DNA of 64,000 nt from Balanoglossus misakiensis (GCA_040954595.2 CM082578.2:9967519-10031518), one strand, 5' to 3'; numbered from the stretch's first letter, positions 1 through 31,019 are shown. A program made the numbers and translations. The notes: generated by a model from the sequence alone, not told the origin.

Positions 1-15629
<15,629 letters not shown>

Positions 15630-16407
15630 GGTTGGGCCGGCCGGGGGAACTGGAAAGAAAGTTCCGCTACCGTCCACCTCTTGAAATACCTATAGGTGTG
15701 TTTACTCAGCGCGAGATGGGGTCACAAATCACTCACACGTTTTATTACGGATCTGCTACGCAAAGATCTATATCAATCAATACGCGATAGGAGTGACCGG
15801 TCTAAGTTTGTACTTCCCCCCTCTACTGTCTATGGTTTGTACCAACCACTGAAAAGCATTCGGGCTAAGTTCAAGTAGCGACTGGTAAATGTAAAATGGT
15901 GTTCAATGCAATTATTGGAATATCGCAACTTGTTTGGCTCGAATGACAACTGCTGTGACCATTTTTTAAACCATAACTTAAAAAGCTGGTCGCGTCCTCT
16001 CGCATGGAGAGCAGGCCGGGGCGTGGCACAACCGTTAATCACGCGTCGCAATATGACATTGAATTTTATTGCACATCATGTCACATCACATCATATGTAA
16101 CCAGTAGCTCCGCCCATAGACCAGATTGCAAAACCACTGGTCACCTAGAATGCGAGTACAAGCGTTTTATAACACCGCGTTGAATCACGGGAATACCTCC
16201 AATATATAAGAGCAGCGACTAAATGAAAACTTTTTATCATTTAATTTTTGACACTAATTTGGAATGCAACTGGGCTACACCCGACCCCCCCCCCCCCCTT
16301 ACCCCTTTCAGAACTGAGACCTGAGAACAGTCACCAACATAGGACTCACAGTAACATATGTTTTACAAGGCGGAACAACCCGGACAAAAGCACCAGTCTG
16401 GGCATGA

Positions 16408-16441
16408 ATGTTGTTGCTGCTGCTGCTGCTGCTGCTGCTGT
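16408..16441 (+). repeat. Short (GTT)/(GCT)n microsatellite
   Basis: atgttgttgctgctgctgctgctgctgctgctg visible directly. Confidence 0.85.
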
Positions 16442-19169
16442 ATGGAACTATTACTACATTTCATGCATGCATGCATGGGTTGGAATGCAAGCTGGCAGTT
16501 GTCTGAGTGCTATTTGGTGGATATTTTTTTTTATGAATCTTCGATTGCGTTGTGAACAACTGCATGTTGGCATAACGATGGGGAAAACGGTATATGGAGT
16601 ATACGGTGATTCTAGTTCAGAAGCATGTTAAGATATAAGAATATCATGCTTCTGGACCCTGATGAGCCCACTACACTGGCCATAATCGAGCGTATATCCA
16701 CCAACGGTTCAACGAACTCAAAATAAAGTTAAAATTTCTTTGCTTCGGAACACTGAGTAGGTAACATGGGGCTTACGACACGACGTTTGATCAATGGTCA
16801 TTGTACTGTTTAAAAGAACGCTTGATTTGCAGGGGTAAATATTAGTATATCCTTTACCTATATAACCACAGTGGTATTTACGTTAGACGTTGGTGTAACA
16901 TCAACACAAGTCAATTGGGGTCACTTTCGAACAATATAGCTTTTCAGAAACCCTCACACTATACATGTCAGTGATACGCTGGAGTCACTTCTCCAGTGTT
17001 CTTGTTTTAAACCGCAAAAAAACGGCAGGTTTTCGCATAAGAGATGATGTTTCTAGCGAGCTCTCGCGGATCCATTACATCATCGACGAGATTTAGTCTG
17101 AAATAGGTAGCGGTTATATATTCGTCTTTCTCGCATTCAAATTCTCACGAACACATGATTTTCACTTTCGCATTCCTATCAAAATGATCAGCTCTGGCAA
17201 GTATAAAAAATAACTGCTGTGGTTGAAAATTTGACCGTTTGAACTGAGTATGAAGTCAAAATGTATATGTCACGTATGTATGGGCGATGCGACCTTGACT
17301 GGAATATCTATGTGGTGAAGGAGAAATGTATATCTGGTCTATCTTGAGAGACAGGGAGAAATGGAACTTACATAGCCGCCAGCAGTCGGAAACAGTTCGT
17401 GCAGGGCACTGTGAAATGAGGCTTGGGGCATGTTTTCATGTTGTCTTTGTCGGAATACCACCCCGAACACGCATTAAGTTCAAACATGTGTAGTTTTAGT
17501 TTGTTTATATTAATTAGATCACTTTGGTTATATTTTCGGTGTGATAGTGGTCATTCATTCGGAACGCCTGAAATTGGCCTATTCGATTGGTGGTTATTTT
17601 TGATGGCGTGGTTCGGATTTGTCTGTCAGATCATGACAGTTTCCCGCCTTTCATCCTCGAATAACTTGATGATATATTCATGTATATACCTGATCCAAAA
17701 TACTTCAACCCCCCCCCCTCCAGGATTTAATGCATACAGCCTTAGCGATGTTAATCTATCATTGGCGTAATGCCACGGTGGACAGTGGTAGGGACCCAGT
17801 TATATATTTACTCAGGGCTTTTGATCAGGGCAAGCGGTATAACCATAGACCCTGACCAGACGCATAGCTTCATGCACTTACACTCACTGTGTGCGGTTGC
17901 GTACATAGTAACAGCAGCTGGGGCGATTTCAGAGGGCAAGTAGCAATGCCAGTGAGATAAGCTTACTGTCAAAGTAAAAATCCCCCGTTCTATAGTCTAT
18001 TGTTGAAGAAATCATATCACTATTCTATCGCTGCCAAACGTGTTATCGTGTACACGAAAATTTATTGGATTTATTACTCACAGAATTGCCCGGAGTCTTG
18101 CGCATGGGCAGATTTATCGCTCTGCGATCTAACAGGTGTGAGAAAAAAAGTCTGTTCAAATCTCAGTTTTTCTTCACGACATTGGCGTCGAAATTTGGCA
18201 CAAAGGAATTCGTAATATTTGTATTTATTGCATGTCGCTAAATGATTGCTGTTGTCCTATGATTCTGCAGCGAACACGGTGTCTCAGAGACCACAGACGT
18301 CATTATTTCCCTTATCATCATTAGTCAATGCCACTTGCATGTCATACTAAATTTAACACGCACATATCCTTTTGAGTGTCACCGCGCGGTACTACAAGTT
18401 ATCATAATTCAGATTAACTTTTATTTGTCTTACGATCACGCGATTTGATGACTCATTTATTTCGGCACCCTGGGTCATATTTATGGAATACAATAAAATA
18501 ATCGAAGATTGTAAACATATATCATACAAACAATGGAAAATAAATCGTGTGTGCTACATTGGGAACAAATATTTCTGATTTTTATCTCATGCATGGCTGT
18601 TATTAAAATTAGTTGATTGACTGCTGGTAGAAAATATTATCATTTCAAGAGGGAAAATACAGATACATAATGCTTCGTGCTTCAGTTATGATGGGTTGGA
18701 ATTTGTCACACCTCAACCCGCCCTCTTGGTAAATATAAAAAAAACAAATGTACACAAAACAATGGCTCGTTTATTTTATGCTTTGCACACAGAAACTTAT
18801 AAGATTTCTCACAATAGGAACATGATACAGATTTGAAGTGGGTCCCTGCAAAACGTTCTTTCGTTTTTCTTCTTCTCGTGGCTTCATGTAAACGCATTGC
18901 GACGGTCCAGGAGGCCTTATGTTTAACCTTTGTCGGTGGATTCAAATGCTTCTACTAATTACTATTTAGTCTCCAAGCCTCTGTTTTGACCATGTAATCG
19001 TAGCCCTCCAAAGTACTCGTGGCATCGAGCAATAACAATATCAGAGACCGGGGTTCGTGTGATCACAAAATGTATGATCAGCCCACTGTACTGTCGATCC
19101 AAACACTTGCAGGAGGAGAGAGATACCCAGCTAATAATAGGCCTATAGCGAGAGGATTTCGTGTGCGTA

Positions 19170-19201
<32 letters not shown>

Positions 19202-20454
19202 GTTGTCGTCGCATCCTGGTGAAGCGCTGGAAAATATTCGTCTGCGGTGCCGGTAATTTAAGGGGACAAAACTTGCACTACATGTACTTGCAACCATGAA
19301 GGTCCCCAAAATATGTGCTGTTGGACCTAGGTGTCCGAAGGTTTACCTCTAAGTGAATTTGAATGTTTTATGGCGTGCAATAAAAGCAGGCAAAAGGATT
19401 GCGATGAGAGGACCACTCGCAAAATGCCCTGTTCTCATCGAACCGTGTGTGTCATGCGGCGACTGACGACCTGGTAAAACAATTGTGGCACATGCATTTC
19501 AAACTTGCTGTAATTTACTTGTGACTCATTGGGAGGGAGTACAGTCCATTCTGGGGGGTAGAGTCCGCTCACAGAATGCATTGTTTGAATATTAAATATT
19601 GTTTGTGCAATCAGGTTTGAAGTCGACCTGGCCTCATTTCAAGGTCGCTGGCCATATACATCAAGACACAAGTCTCTCTGTGTAATAATTCATGCTTAGT
19701 CAAAACAAACACCCCACTTCAAAATGTCCGCGTGATACCGTTATAATATTTATAGAGGGACAACTATGTGGTTTATTTTTTTCTTCTTTCTTTCTCAGTT
19801 CTCTGTTTACCAGTCCGCTATGTGCTAAGTTCACTTTCGCGCCGCTGTAGTAGGATCCGTAAAACCCAGACAATCCAGGGTCCACATTAGGACTGACAGA
19901 AATCAGCGCCATCATAAAAAGCGCGGTTCGAGACAATAAAACAGGGCACTTTACGCCACAACTTGCACCGTACGTTACCAGGTGCTTATTGGACGTGTAT
20001 TGGTATTTTAATAGTTCAATGATTACACTGAAGGCGGCAATTTGAAGTTGGACTGTACCATAATATATTGTTGAGCTTCGTTGAAATGTTTGTTTTCAGT
20101 GAGTCTTGAAGCATCGACTTCTGGCAGCAATGACACGGAACGACAGTACATTCATCCAATATTCCCTGAAAATTTCTGCTCTTACTTAATAGGGTAGATA
20201 CGCGTACATGGTAAAGGCCTTTGCAATGCCATGAACAGGTGCGTTTTACCCACCCGTGTAGACTGCCACCGACGACCCTGTGGACATTTCATCATCTGCT
20301 ACCTGACACAATGCCTGACATGAACTTCAAGAACGTTATTCCTAAATCCCAATTCCCAACCGATAATGGAAAGCAGTTTAATATGATCATAGCAGTTCTG
20401 CGATCTCTTCATAATCCCAGTTCACTGTACTTTATTGAAAACGAGAGCGTACAA

Positions 20455-20700
20455 ATATCTCTCATGTGATGGCGCTTTCCAACATGGCGGCGGACAGTGG
20501 TCACAGTCACCGTCCGGGGACGTTAAAACAGAAAAACAAGTCACACAAGGCAGGGAGACACAGGAGTAAAGGAGAAATCGATAGGGAAGTCAAAGGTGAG
20601 TGCTAAGACGCTAGTCTGTGGTTCACATCTAGGAGGTATGGATCGGCAGGGTTACTTTGATACAGACGTGGTATCCGCTAAACACGTGGTTTATATCATG
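20455..20700 (+). promoter_or_regulatory. TSR1 proximal promoter elements: YY1-like motif over the start codon and an E-box in intron 1
   Basis: AACATGGCGG at 20481-20490 resembles the YY1 motif. CATGTG at 20463-20468 and canonical CACGTG at 20682-20687. Motif matches only. Confidence 0.35.
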
Positions 20701-23700
20701 TATTGCAAAATACACATGGTATACACCCGGGTGGATCATTGGGGGTACCTTGTGATCAAAAATTACGCTTTACCACCGACAAAGTACGCTCCTAACATGT
20801 TCAATATGTAAAAACTGCATTCACATGGACCCCAACACCCAGACTACTGTACATATAAATAAAGTTGTAGGCCAATGCTACAATGTATTGCTGATGATAT
20901 TTACAGGCTAAACCTTGTCATTTTATCTTCTTTTGCAAAGTGTTTTAATAGGGTAGTTTATGTTTTTTTGCCACTGTCCATAGGTAGAGTTGGTGTCAAA
21001 ATGGTCACAAAGAAAATGAAAAGGGAAATGAAAAAAGTTTCCAGGAAAAATCAGGTAAGAACAAAATGTGGTAGTAGGATTAGAGATAGTTTGCCTTTAT
21101 TGTCTACCTACGTGTACCTGAGTGCCAATATGTATTGACCCGGTATCATTCACAGGCAAAGCAGAATATGAAGAAAAAGAGGGAAGAGGTTCTGATGAAG
21201 AAGAGAAACATTGGCTCAGCATCAGGAGCTCCTCACCTTGTGGTAAGTACCTGTAATTCCAATTATAAATCTTTAGGAAATTGGAGTTCAGTTGTAAGGT
21301 GTTCATAATTGATTTCTCAGATATAGAAAACATGGACGTTGATCTCGCTTCCTCACTTCATTATTCTCGTTGTTTCCACCTCCCCAGGTCATCCTGCCAC
21401 TGTCGGGGGACGTTGACCCCAACAAAGTGAAACAGCAGCTTCTGTCCTCGGATGAGACGGCCGTTGTTACAGAAAATAGTCACATTACAAATATGGTGTA
21501 AGTTTTGATAAATTTATACTTTTCAATCTTTGACTGCATGGTCATTGGGAATGGTTACCAGTGACAACGTTCATTGGAAATGGAATCCACTCCTCAATTA
21601 TACAAAAAAGATATAATGAAAATGAGGAGATAATGAAGCTTACATCAAGCAGTTGATGCAAACACTAGTAGTTTTGAATTATCAAATAACATTTGTGACA
21701 CTGTCACACAGAAACCCACCATGCTTTATTATTTCAATTAACAGTGTCCCTAGGTTTAAAACAAGGCTGTCGTTTGTCGTCCCGCCTTCGGGCAACCTCA
21801 CGGCGATGCTGGATGCAGCAAAGGTGGCAGACACCATACTCTGTGTGCTGTCCCCCAATGGTGCCTGGGACAGCTTTGGTGACCTCTGTTTGACCTGCCT
21901 CTTTGCCCAGGGTCTTCCTGCCACAGTTCATGTTGTCCAGGTGAGGAAGTGAGATTGGATGGATGAGTGTGATAAGTTTAGTTGGTGATGTTTATTTTGC
22001 TGGCCAAATCTGATAAAATGATGCGAGAACATGCAAAGTGATAAAGTCACACTTTCTCTTGAGAATTTGTGAGCTTTGAAAATCAGCTGTGTACTCAGTC
22101 AAAAGAGCATCCACTTCCATATAATGAACACAGACACAGACTGATTGTGTGAAATCCTCTCATTGTTCATTGTAGGGTTTGAATGAATTACCAGTGAAGA
22201 AACAGACCGAAGCCAAGAAGAATTTACAGAAAACACTTGAAAAAAGGTAAAAAGCTCTTTTGAATGTGTTTATACTGAGATGGAAATGGCATTTAATAGA
22301 CAACCAGTATGTACACATCTATAAAAGAGCTAGGCGAAGTTCCAATGATTATGATCAGAATTTCGATTGCAGTCCTACCTACTGGTACTACATAACATAT
22401 GACCCTATTTTTTCCAGATTCCCAGACAAGAAGTTACACACACTGGACAGCGACCAGGATGGAATACTTGTAATAAGGCAAATCTCCAATCAGAAACTGA
22501 GACAGATTAAGTACAGGAACCAAAGATCACACTTGCTGGCCAGACAGGTGGCATTTGAAGAAAATTCAGATTCAGTAAGTTTTCACATGATTACACGAAT
22601 GTTCAATTCACCCTCATGTTACTGATGGGTTTCCAAACTTGAATCCCCTTCATATTTCCAGAGAACTAACCAATTCTTCACCTCTTTTCACCAAAACAAG
22701 ACAGTTGCGGGCACACTGAAGGTGTCCGGCTTTGTCCAAGGCAAATCCATGTCTGTCAATGGACTGGTGCACCTGCCTGGGTACGGAGACTTCCAGCTCT
22801 CACAGATCGACCTCCTGCCCGACCCTTGCCCTCTGAACCCCAAAGTGAAGAAACAGAAGAAGGATAGCATGCAGACAGTAAGTGTGAAAGGGCTTTCAAT
22901 TTTGTGCTGTGCAGATTTCAAAAAGAAATTTGATGTTCTGTGGCAACAAGATTTATCAACATGGTCAGGTTCACGGTTTTGCTGTTGAGTACCAGTAGTA
23001 CATGTATTACATTCAGTCCATCTGTTTTGCCTCTCTGCTAGGATGACAGCACAGTAGATGCCATGGATGAAGACGTGAAGGTTCTGGGCAAAGCTGACCC
23101 AGCGGCTCAAGAGTCACTGCAGTGTGAAGTGATTCCGGACCCAATGGAAGGTGAACAGACATGGCCCACGGAAGAGGAGCTGGCGGAAGCTGAAGGTTAG
23201 CCTCCCTAAAATATGCTTGATATGTAGCCATGCCGGTATCAATTTCATCCTCCCTGACATGCTTGGATAGTTGCGATATCTTTCTAATTATCCACCTCGG
23301 AAGTACATGTAATCTAAACAAGATTATACCTCACATATTCATTGACAAGTATGAGTGGTAAATTTGAGTGAAACACATTGTACACTGTGCATTATATTCT
23401 CACAGCTTTACAGAAGGCTCTCAGTGAGAAGAGGAAAATTTTGAAGAAGGTACCCAAGGGAACCTCGGAGTACCAGGCAGCGTGGATTGTGGATGATGAA
23501 GAGAGAGAAATAGATGATGATGATGACATTGGAGGAGATGATGTAAGTTGATGGTACATTACAGATTTGATACTTGATATTTTGGATGAAAAAGCAGTAG
23601 CTGGTGTTTTAAACACGGTGATGCAACATAGTTTTACTTTTGAGGCATACCTAGGAAATACAGATATCTGCTTAATTTTACAGGCTTTATTTGGTGAGGG

Positions 23701-26700
23701 GCTCATTCAGATTTTTTCATCATATAAACATCTTCCATCTTTCTCTCTGCTAGGATTCTGAAGAAGACAGTGATGAAGAAGGGAGTGATGACGATGATGA
23801 GTTTGCTGCCATGGATCATTCGGATGAGGAGGAGGCAGAAGGCGATGGGGATAGAGCTGACATGGAAACAGTAAGGAGTCAATACTGAAGATTTAGTGAG
23901 AGCCATTGTTTGTCAATTCTGAATGGGGGACCTGATCTGATTTTTTGACAAGATCCTGTGTGATACTTGTGTTGTTATGTTCCATTTCATGTAAGCTCAT
24001 TTTATGCTTTTATTATCTTAGATGACAGTCACTGAAATAGATGATGATGAAAAATATGATGAAAATATTGATATCGAAGAAGAGAGGAAGATGTAAGTAG
24101 TGACAAACCCGGCATCTGTACACAATGTCAGAAAGGTCTCTAAATACAAACTGCAGTAGATAATTTTCGTCTCCATTGACCTTTCACATGACAACATGTT
24201 TGAATGATCAACTAGCTTTCCGTGCTTTGACATGCAAAGATGTTACCAGGGCAACAGTCTTTTCAACCATATTGTATCACATGAGAATGCTGCAGCCAAT
24301 CAAGAGAACTGAATTTTGTTATGCATCAAAGTATGAGTTGTGCTCTGACATGTGACCCCATCTGACCTTTGAACTCTTAGTCTCCATTTCCCATCGGAAT
24401 CGTTTTTTTTTACAGTTTGGAGAAACTCCGATCAGAACGTCAAAACGTAATGTTTCCAGATGAGGTGGACACACCCATGGATGTTCCTGCGAGAGTTAGA
24501 TTCCAGAAGTAAGTACCGGCACAAGAAGCTTACATAAAATTGCTGCTGAACTTCACAAACTGTTGCAATCATCAAATTTTTGAGAGAGAGGAAATTCAGC
24601 TTCTTCCTAAAATGATATGGTTTAATTTCAGATATCGAGGTTTGAAAAGTTTCCGAACATCACCCTGGGATCCAAAGGAAAATCTGCCGACAGATTACGC
24701 AAGGATCTTTCAATTTCAGAATTTTAAAACGACGAAAAACAGGGTTTTGAATCAAGAAACGGAAGAAACAGCAATGGTAAGACCGGCTTAATCCTGGAAA
24801 AATGTTATGCAGTTGAATGACAAATGTTTTCTTATTTGGATATTCGGATGTAACAGATTCGGTCGATCAATCACTTTGAAGATGTGTTCGGATGAATTGT
24901 AAATAGAAAGGCTTTTGGAGATTTTGATGAAGAGGGAAACCGTGACTACATGAGTGTCTCTTACAATAATGCATTTTTGTTTTTTATACAATAGGTTGGA
25001 TGGTATGTGACTCTACATATTATGAATGTACCAAGAGTATTCATGGGTGAGTCTTATGAAAATTGCCTTGTTATTTTTGATTTCAAAATGACTCTTGGGT
25101 ATTGTACTTTCTTACAAGAGAAAATAGTGCTCATTGAAAAATGATTTTGGTAGTTTGGTTTCAGTATTGATTTATTCACCATTGTCGTATTTCTCACATT
25201 GCAGACAACTTTGACGACAAGAAACCATTGGTGATATTTTCCCTGCTACAGTATGAGCAAAAGGTGAGAATATCACCCTTCCAGAAGGTGTTGTACATTG
25301 TAATTAGAAAAAATAACATAATTTATGCGTTATGCAGCTGAAGTTATTCACAACACAGTCCTGAGTGGAATATGTAGATGACACCCACAAATCACAACGA
25401 ACGCAAATCAGATGTCATCTTCTTATTTCAGATGTCCGTGGTACACTTTGCTCTGAAGAAACATCACTCTTGCAGAGAACCTATCAAATCCAAGGTTAGT
25501 CCACCAGAATATAGCATGAGCTATGTCAGTTTGCGAATGATTTACTGGTAAAACTTTTTGAGGAAATTAGCATGGAAGAGAAATTTTACTTGTCAGCTCG
25601 CAAAAGGGGGCCATGTTGGACACAGAGGGCGTTATTATGACCACATGTACATGTATTGAAAAAATGTATGTCAGCAATGTTACTACTGTTACAAATAAGT
25701 CATTGGCTAATGTGATGTTTTTCCTCCTATCACCAGGACCCGTTAATATTTCAAGTGGGTTGTCGGCGATTCTCTGCAGGACCCATCTTTTCCCAACACA
25801 CTGTTGGAGACAAACACAAGGTACGAGGAAACCTGTGGATTGTACCTGAATGTACATGCAGTTGCTGTGATGTGATAGTTTATTTTGATTTTACATGTCA
25901 TCTTCTCAGTTGCTGCATCTCGCAGAAGATGCTGCAGTAATATGTTACACACTAATCTTAATACCACAGTACATTCACCACTTACTCTGCTTGGCCTCTT
26001 TGTCCCCAGAATGAGAGATACTTGCAAAAAGATGGCATCACCGTGGCGAGTGTTTATGCACCCATTACATTTCCACCGGCGTCAGTCTTAGTTTTTAAGG
26101 AAAATCAGGATGGTAAGTGGGAAGCTTGATAGTTTTGTTGATGGAGCAGAAGTCAGTAGTAGAAAACAATGGATGTAAATATGAAAATATTCAGGAATCA
26201 CCATGGTGAAACTAATAATGTATTTCAAATCAACCATTTGTATATGTGCCAACATGGACATTTTTTGTTTCTATCAATGCCTCAGGTTCGCATAAATTTG
26301 TGTCTATTGGCACGTTGCTGGGTGTGGATCCAAACAGAGTTGTTTGCAAGCGAGCCGTGTTGAGTGGACACCCGTTCAAGATCAACAAGAAGAAGTCGGT
26401 CTTGCGATACATGTTTTTCAATCGAGGTGAGTGCACCAGTGTCTGTGTGGTGAATTTATTGTTAGTATTTACGCCATGTGTGGTTGTTGCGTGACAACTC
26501 ATGTGGCCATCTTTCGATAAACGACTGATTCTGATGCACGAATGATTCTTGTTATTTCAGAGGACATTCTGTGGTTCAAACCAGTGGAGCTATACACCAA
26601 GTGGGGAAGGAGAGGTCATATCAGGGAACCAATTGGTAAGTCAGTACATGTATGTGAAACTGGTAGATTGGTAGCCTCCTTCGGAAATCGGTTATTTCAA

Positions 26701-26959
26701 CGGCTCCGGAACAAACCAGGCAGACTTCATAATTGACCTTTCTGTGGTTGTGTTTTATTCTTAAATTTCAGGGACTCATGGACACATGAAGTGCGTGTTT
26801 GACGGTCAGCTGAAATCACAGGACACCGTGTTGATGAACCTCTACAAACGTGTCTACCCCAAATGGACGTACGACCCTTATGTCCCCGGTGACCTCAAAG
26901 TAGAAATTCAAGAAAATGACATTGCTGGAGAAGATGACAGTGATGTGGAAATGCAATGA
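20484..26959 (+). CDS. TSR1: Pre-rRNA-processing protein TSR1 homolog (40S biogenesis factor, BMS1/TSR1 family), 22 coding exons
   Basis: Exons: 20484-20595, 20984-21054, 21156-21242, 21388-21497, 21745-21940, 22176-22246, 22418-22574, 22701-22877, 23042-23195, 23406-23542, 23754-23870, 24022-24092, 24416-24508, 24632-24776, 24995-25046, 25205-25263, 25432-25494, 25737-25820, 26010-26112, 26286-26426, 26561-26635, 26772-26959 (TGA). Diagnostic motifs: [105 protein letters not shown]. Confidence 0.96.
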
Positions 26960-26987
26960 GCAATTTACAATGAATTTATGAAATCAA

Positions 26988-27133
26988 AATAAACTCTTGT
27001 CCTTTTAGTCATACCGGTATATTGTCCCATCGGATTTTATGAATGCACACAACCTAACATACAGGATGGACTGAAAGGTCATATATTCAAAAAGAAAATT
27101 TAATCGGCTGAAAACTTCATACACCTGAATAAA
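26988..27133 (+). terminator. Candidate TSR1 polyadenylation signals
   Basis: AATAAA at 26988-26993 and 27128-27133, downstream of the TGA at 26957-26959. Confidence 0.5.
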
Positions 27134-27814
27134 TGTTACCTTTGGAGCTTTGTCAGTTCAATGTGATGGGCACAAACTCAGAGCCAGTAGCTGTTTGGGG
27201 CAAGCTCCTGGTTCATACGTCAATGCCATTGCCTTGTGTAAACTTTCCATAAATATGAGCATAATATATATTCATATTTCATGGATTCAGTAATTTGTAA
27301 TCAATTTGAAACCTTTCACATTTCAACCTTGCTGTATGTACTGGTAACATACTACATCAATGAATTAAAATTTACACTCATGTGCTGAAAAATGTGCGTT
27401 TGTTATTATTTATAAACACATACATGTATGTTATTTACCAAATGACATGCAACTAATCCTTGTTCATCTCTTACCCGACATGATTTTAATTATTCTTCAC
27501 CCATTAAACCTTATACCACAGTGTGTGGAGTGACTGTGCTTATACCATACCATATAATGGTAAAGTTTTACAACAAATCAATGATTTGCATTTGCTGACA
27601 AACTTCTTTCTTAAAAGAGACGCAAACATCAAAACCAGTTATACAACTTTCCCAATCAAAAACAAAACATGAAATTTCTCTCTAAATAGTCTACGATACA
27701 ACTTTTCAATTTGAAAAATAGAGTCATATAAGGATGTGCATATTACATACAAAAACTAAAGTTCCATAAAGTGGGACATTGCCTCAGTGGAAGACTGGCT
27801 TGTAAACCAACAGC

Positions 27815-29900
27815 CTATGATTTTGATAAATTTAGATTATCAAACCATGACAGACACTGCAGCTGAACTGAGCCCTGCGTTGACACTGTCAGGAGTCTAC
27901 TGTCGCCATCTCCAATTATACCTAGAAAAGAATTGATCATTTAGTACGAGCTGATCTGTGTTGACCACGAGTATCCTGGATGGATGTTTATGGCATGGAT
28001 TACAACTTTCTATTCCCTCAATAATCATCATGTTAGTACATCAACTGTCAGTAAGAATAATGTTTTACATGTATATTCAATAAGGCCAATTACACAGTCC
28101 AGTCTCTCCACACATTTCGGTGGAGTAATATTTACATGACAATGCATTTTTTCATGCTCAGTCCAAATTTGATTGCAGAGATTAGCAATACCCAGTCGCA
28201 GCTGTAGCTTCACTATTGAGTTGTTGTACAGAGAAGACAATTAATCTGAATCTGAGTCAGAAACTGACTTCAAATCAAATCAAATCCTCCCCCCCCCCCA
28301 CAATTAATTTTAGTCTTGGCCAGGTCCTAGATGGAAGTCATACAATATACATGCTAACATCAGCAAGCACCTCCTACCCAGTTACTGACCTTTGAGAGTT
28401 TGACATGTCAGTGTCTTGTCACCCTGTTCTGTTATGACCTCTAACCTGTCGTCAACGTCGACTGTCCGACCCTGAAGGTCCATTCTGCTGCCTGTACTCT
28501 CTGGAAGTTTCACTGTGATGTCACCTGCATTGTGATTTAAAAAAATTAACAGTTTCAAGAAAACCTAGGATTGAGGAATAGAGCTGTAATTTGTTATTGT
28601 TGTGCACACATACATGTACACATGCACACACAACCTATTTCAGACACCATGCACACACTACTTTAAATAACCAATTGAGGGCAATATTTGGGTCACAAAG
28701 AGCATCCAGGGGAGGTGACCAAACAATACACGAAAGTCTCTTTGTGGCAGCACTCAGTAATAGCCCGTGCAATTGAATTCTTCGCAGTAAAAGCCAGTCT
28801 CGTGATTGTCAAGCCAGTGAATGGGGAAACTGATGAAACCAAGCGTGAACAAAACAAGACACTACAAATGACTGAGGCTTGTATTGAAAAGAAATGATGG
28901 GAAACAAAAAAAGCGGAGAAGGGCTCAGCTATCCATGGGCCCCCTTAACCTACCAGTTGAACTCAACAGTGTCACATCTTGGTGTCGTGTCACGTGTATG
29001 CCAATGTTGCCACTGTGTGTGGATGCATTTAAGTTACCATCTAGAGTGTCTGAAAAACAAGGGAAAATCCTCTACGTTATTCTCATTGACAAAATGTGGA
29101 TACATGCATATTTCAATGTACATGTATGTTACAGGCAAATCTTGAAATACACAGCAGTCAGGCAGTACATATATTTACCTGGGAAATGGAGGTGAAAGGG
29201 TTACATTTTAAATGCTGCGATCTTTACAATGATTGGTGTTTGTAAATTCGGCAGTGATGAACCCAGGGCAGATTCTCTACTTGAATGTCTATGGTGAAAC
29301 ACTGACCAATTACATAATGTACTGATGTTTATAACAATACTGAAAATTGGATGATGTAAAAGTGATCTATTTACCAACTATTACGTTTCCTGTATCGTTT
29401 CTCACATGCGACGACCCATGCAGATTGCCGAGGCTGATGTTACCGCTCATACTGGCGAAGAACGACTCATCATGGTAAACAGACTTGGTTGATATCATAC
29501 CTCTGTCACTGTAGACAGCCATATTTGTGCCGTACAGTTTGTCAGCCATGACACTCTGGTGAGAAATGAGAAATGCAGGATTCAGACAAAACTGCCATTG
29601 CTGACATTATCAGTCCATCAGGTTTTCAGTTTGTAGAATCAAGGTTTTGTCCACTTATTGACGGATGTAGCAGGTTTATTGAATATAAGCATGCCACAAC
29701 TTTTTGTCAAATGCATGTAGAAATCAACTGGCAATAACTTACCCCAGAACCATGAACTCTTATTTCTCCGTTGCTATGGAGACTTTTCTCACTGATCACA
29801 TTGCCAGACACACTGCTCACAGTCAGAGAAGCACACTGGAAACCAAAGGAGATACATGTACATTAGTACAAGAAACTACAAGTGAACTTCACCATCAATG

Positions 29901-29932
<32 letters not shown>

Positions 29933-31017
29933 TCTTACCTTGATGTTAGTCAATTTGCATTCTCCTTTATCTGTGACAATCGTACAATGATCATTTTCGA
30001 TACCAATCACATGGATTTGGCCATTCTCACTCATGTGCGCATCAATGTCTACAGAAAAAAGTTTTATATCATCAGAGGCACATACACATGATTGCTTAAT
30101 ACACTTTCACTGCTTCCCCTTTTAATTTTCGGTGCTATACATGTGCATCAACTACAGTTTTCTGTGTGAAATTGTCAAACAAAATAAAACACCTATTATT
30201 TAGCTTTATCACAGTCCCAACGTTACTGTAGGTATGCGAACAGTCAGCAAAGTTATTGTTGAAAATTTAATATTCAAGTCTGGGCATGAATTCATTTGTC
30301 AACAATAACAATGGTCACAGGCTGCATGATAACAGGCATTATTTTTAACGTACAGCTGTTCCAGTTTGTTTTAACAAACCAGTGAGACTCGATTTGCAAC
30401 AATTTACCTACTTGGTGGCAATTTTTGCTGCGATAACACCATGTTATAAAATACAGGTACATTGCAACTACTATGGCAACTACATTAAACCAATTTTACC
30501 AGGACTTACTAAATTTTATGGGCACTTCGATTTGTATTTGCAAATTTAATCGCCTGTTATAGTCTTCACCTCGAAGTCCATTTGCGGAGACTTTCAGACC
30601 GTCTATTTTATCGTATTTGACATCGCATTTGTACATCTCCGCTTCCGTGCTCGGGTCACCTTGACCGTCATCATCAGGGTCATCCTGTTTCGAAACATTT
30701 TGCGAGGCGTTGCCGGTGCCTGTGACATATACAAATACCTTATTTGCTTCTGGGTGTGCGATTGGATCTGTTGGTGACACGGTAACTTTCAGATCACTGT
30801 TTACTCGAAGGGCACTGAATGTATCAACATCGAAAGACCAGCTTTCTAATTTTACACCCGCACTGTGACAATTCCTCTTGGATATGACAGTGAATGCAGT
30901 GAAACTTCGAACTGGCGAGGAAAGTGGCGCTCCTGTAATCTTCATTCCGAGCAGAGATCGACACTGCAGTAATCGTGCAGAAATGCACTTGCCAAAGACA
31001 CAAGTTCTGATTATCAT
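27815..31017 (-). CDS. FAM185A: FAM185A-like protein (DUF4097 beta-repeat), 7 coding exons, about 409 aa
   Basis: Exons: 31017-30510, 30048-29939, 29835-29743, 29555-29375, 29049-28954, 28524-28390, 27921-27815 (TAG); all phases compatible. Recognisable segments LESWSFDVDTFSALRV..VSPTDPIAHPEANKVFV, EVPIKF, ADKLYG, SGNISLGNLHG, GDITVKLP, QSW-like CLSWFDNL. The Arg/Ser-rich, acid-free N-terminus resembles a mitochondrial presequence. Confidence 0.85.
29902..29931 (+). repeat. (CAT)n microsatellite, intronic
   Basis: tcatcatcatcatcatcatcatcatcatca just inside the FAM185A-like intron following exon 2. Confidence 0.9.
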
Positions 31018-31019
31018 TT

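Noticed and set aside
20596-26771. Intronic snoRNAs in TSR1 (vertebrate TSR1 hosts box C/D snoRNAs)
   Set aside because: No convincing C box plus D box with terminal stem was found by eye. An Infernal/Rfam or snoReport scan would be needed.
26960-27814. Overlapping 3' UTRs of convergent TSR1 and FAM185A-like genes
   Set aside because: TSR1 has AATAAA signals close to its stop codon, so overlap is not required and cannot be shown from sequence alone.
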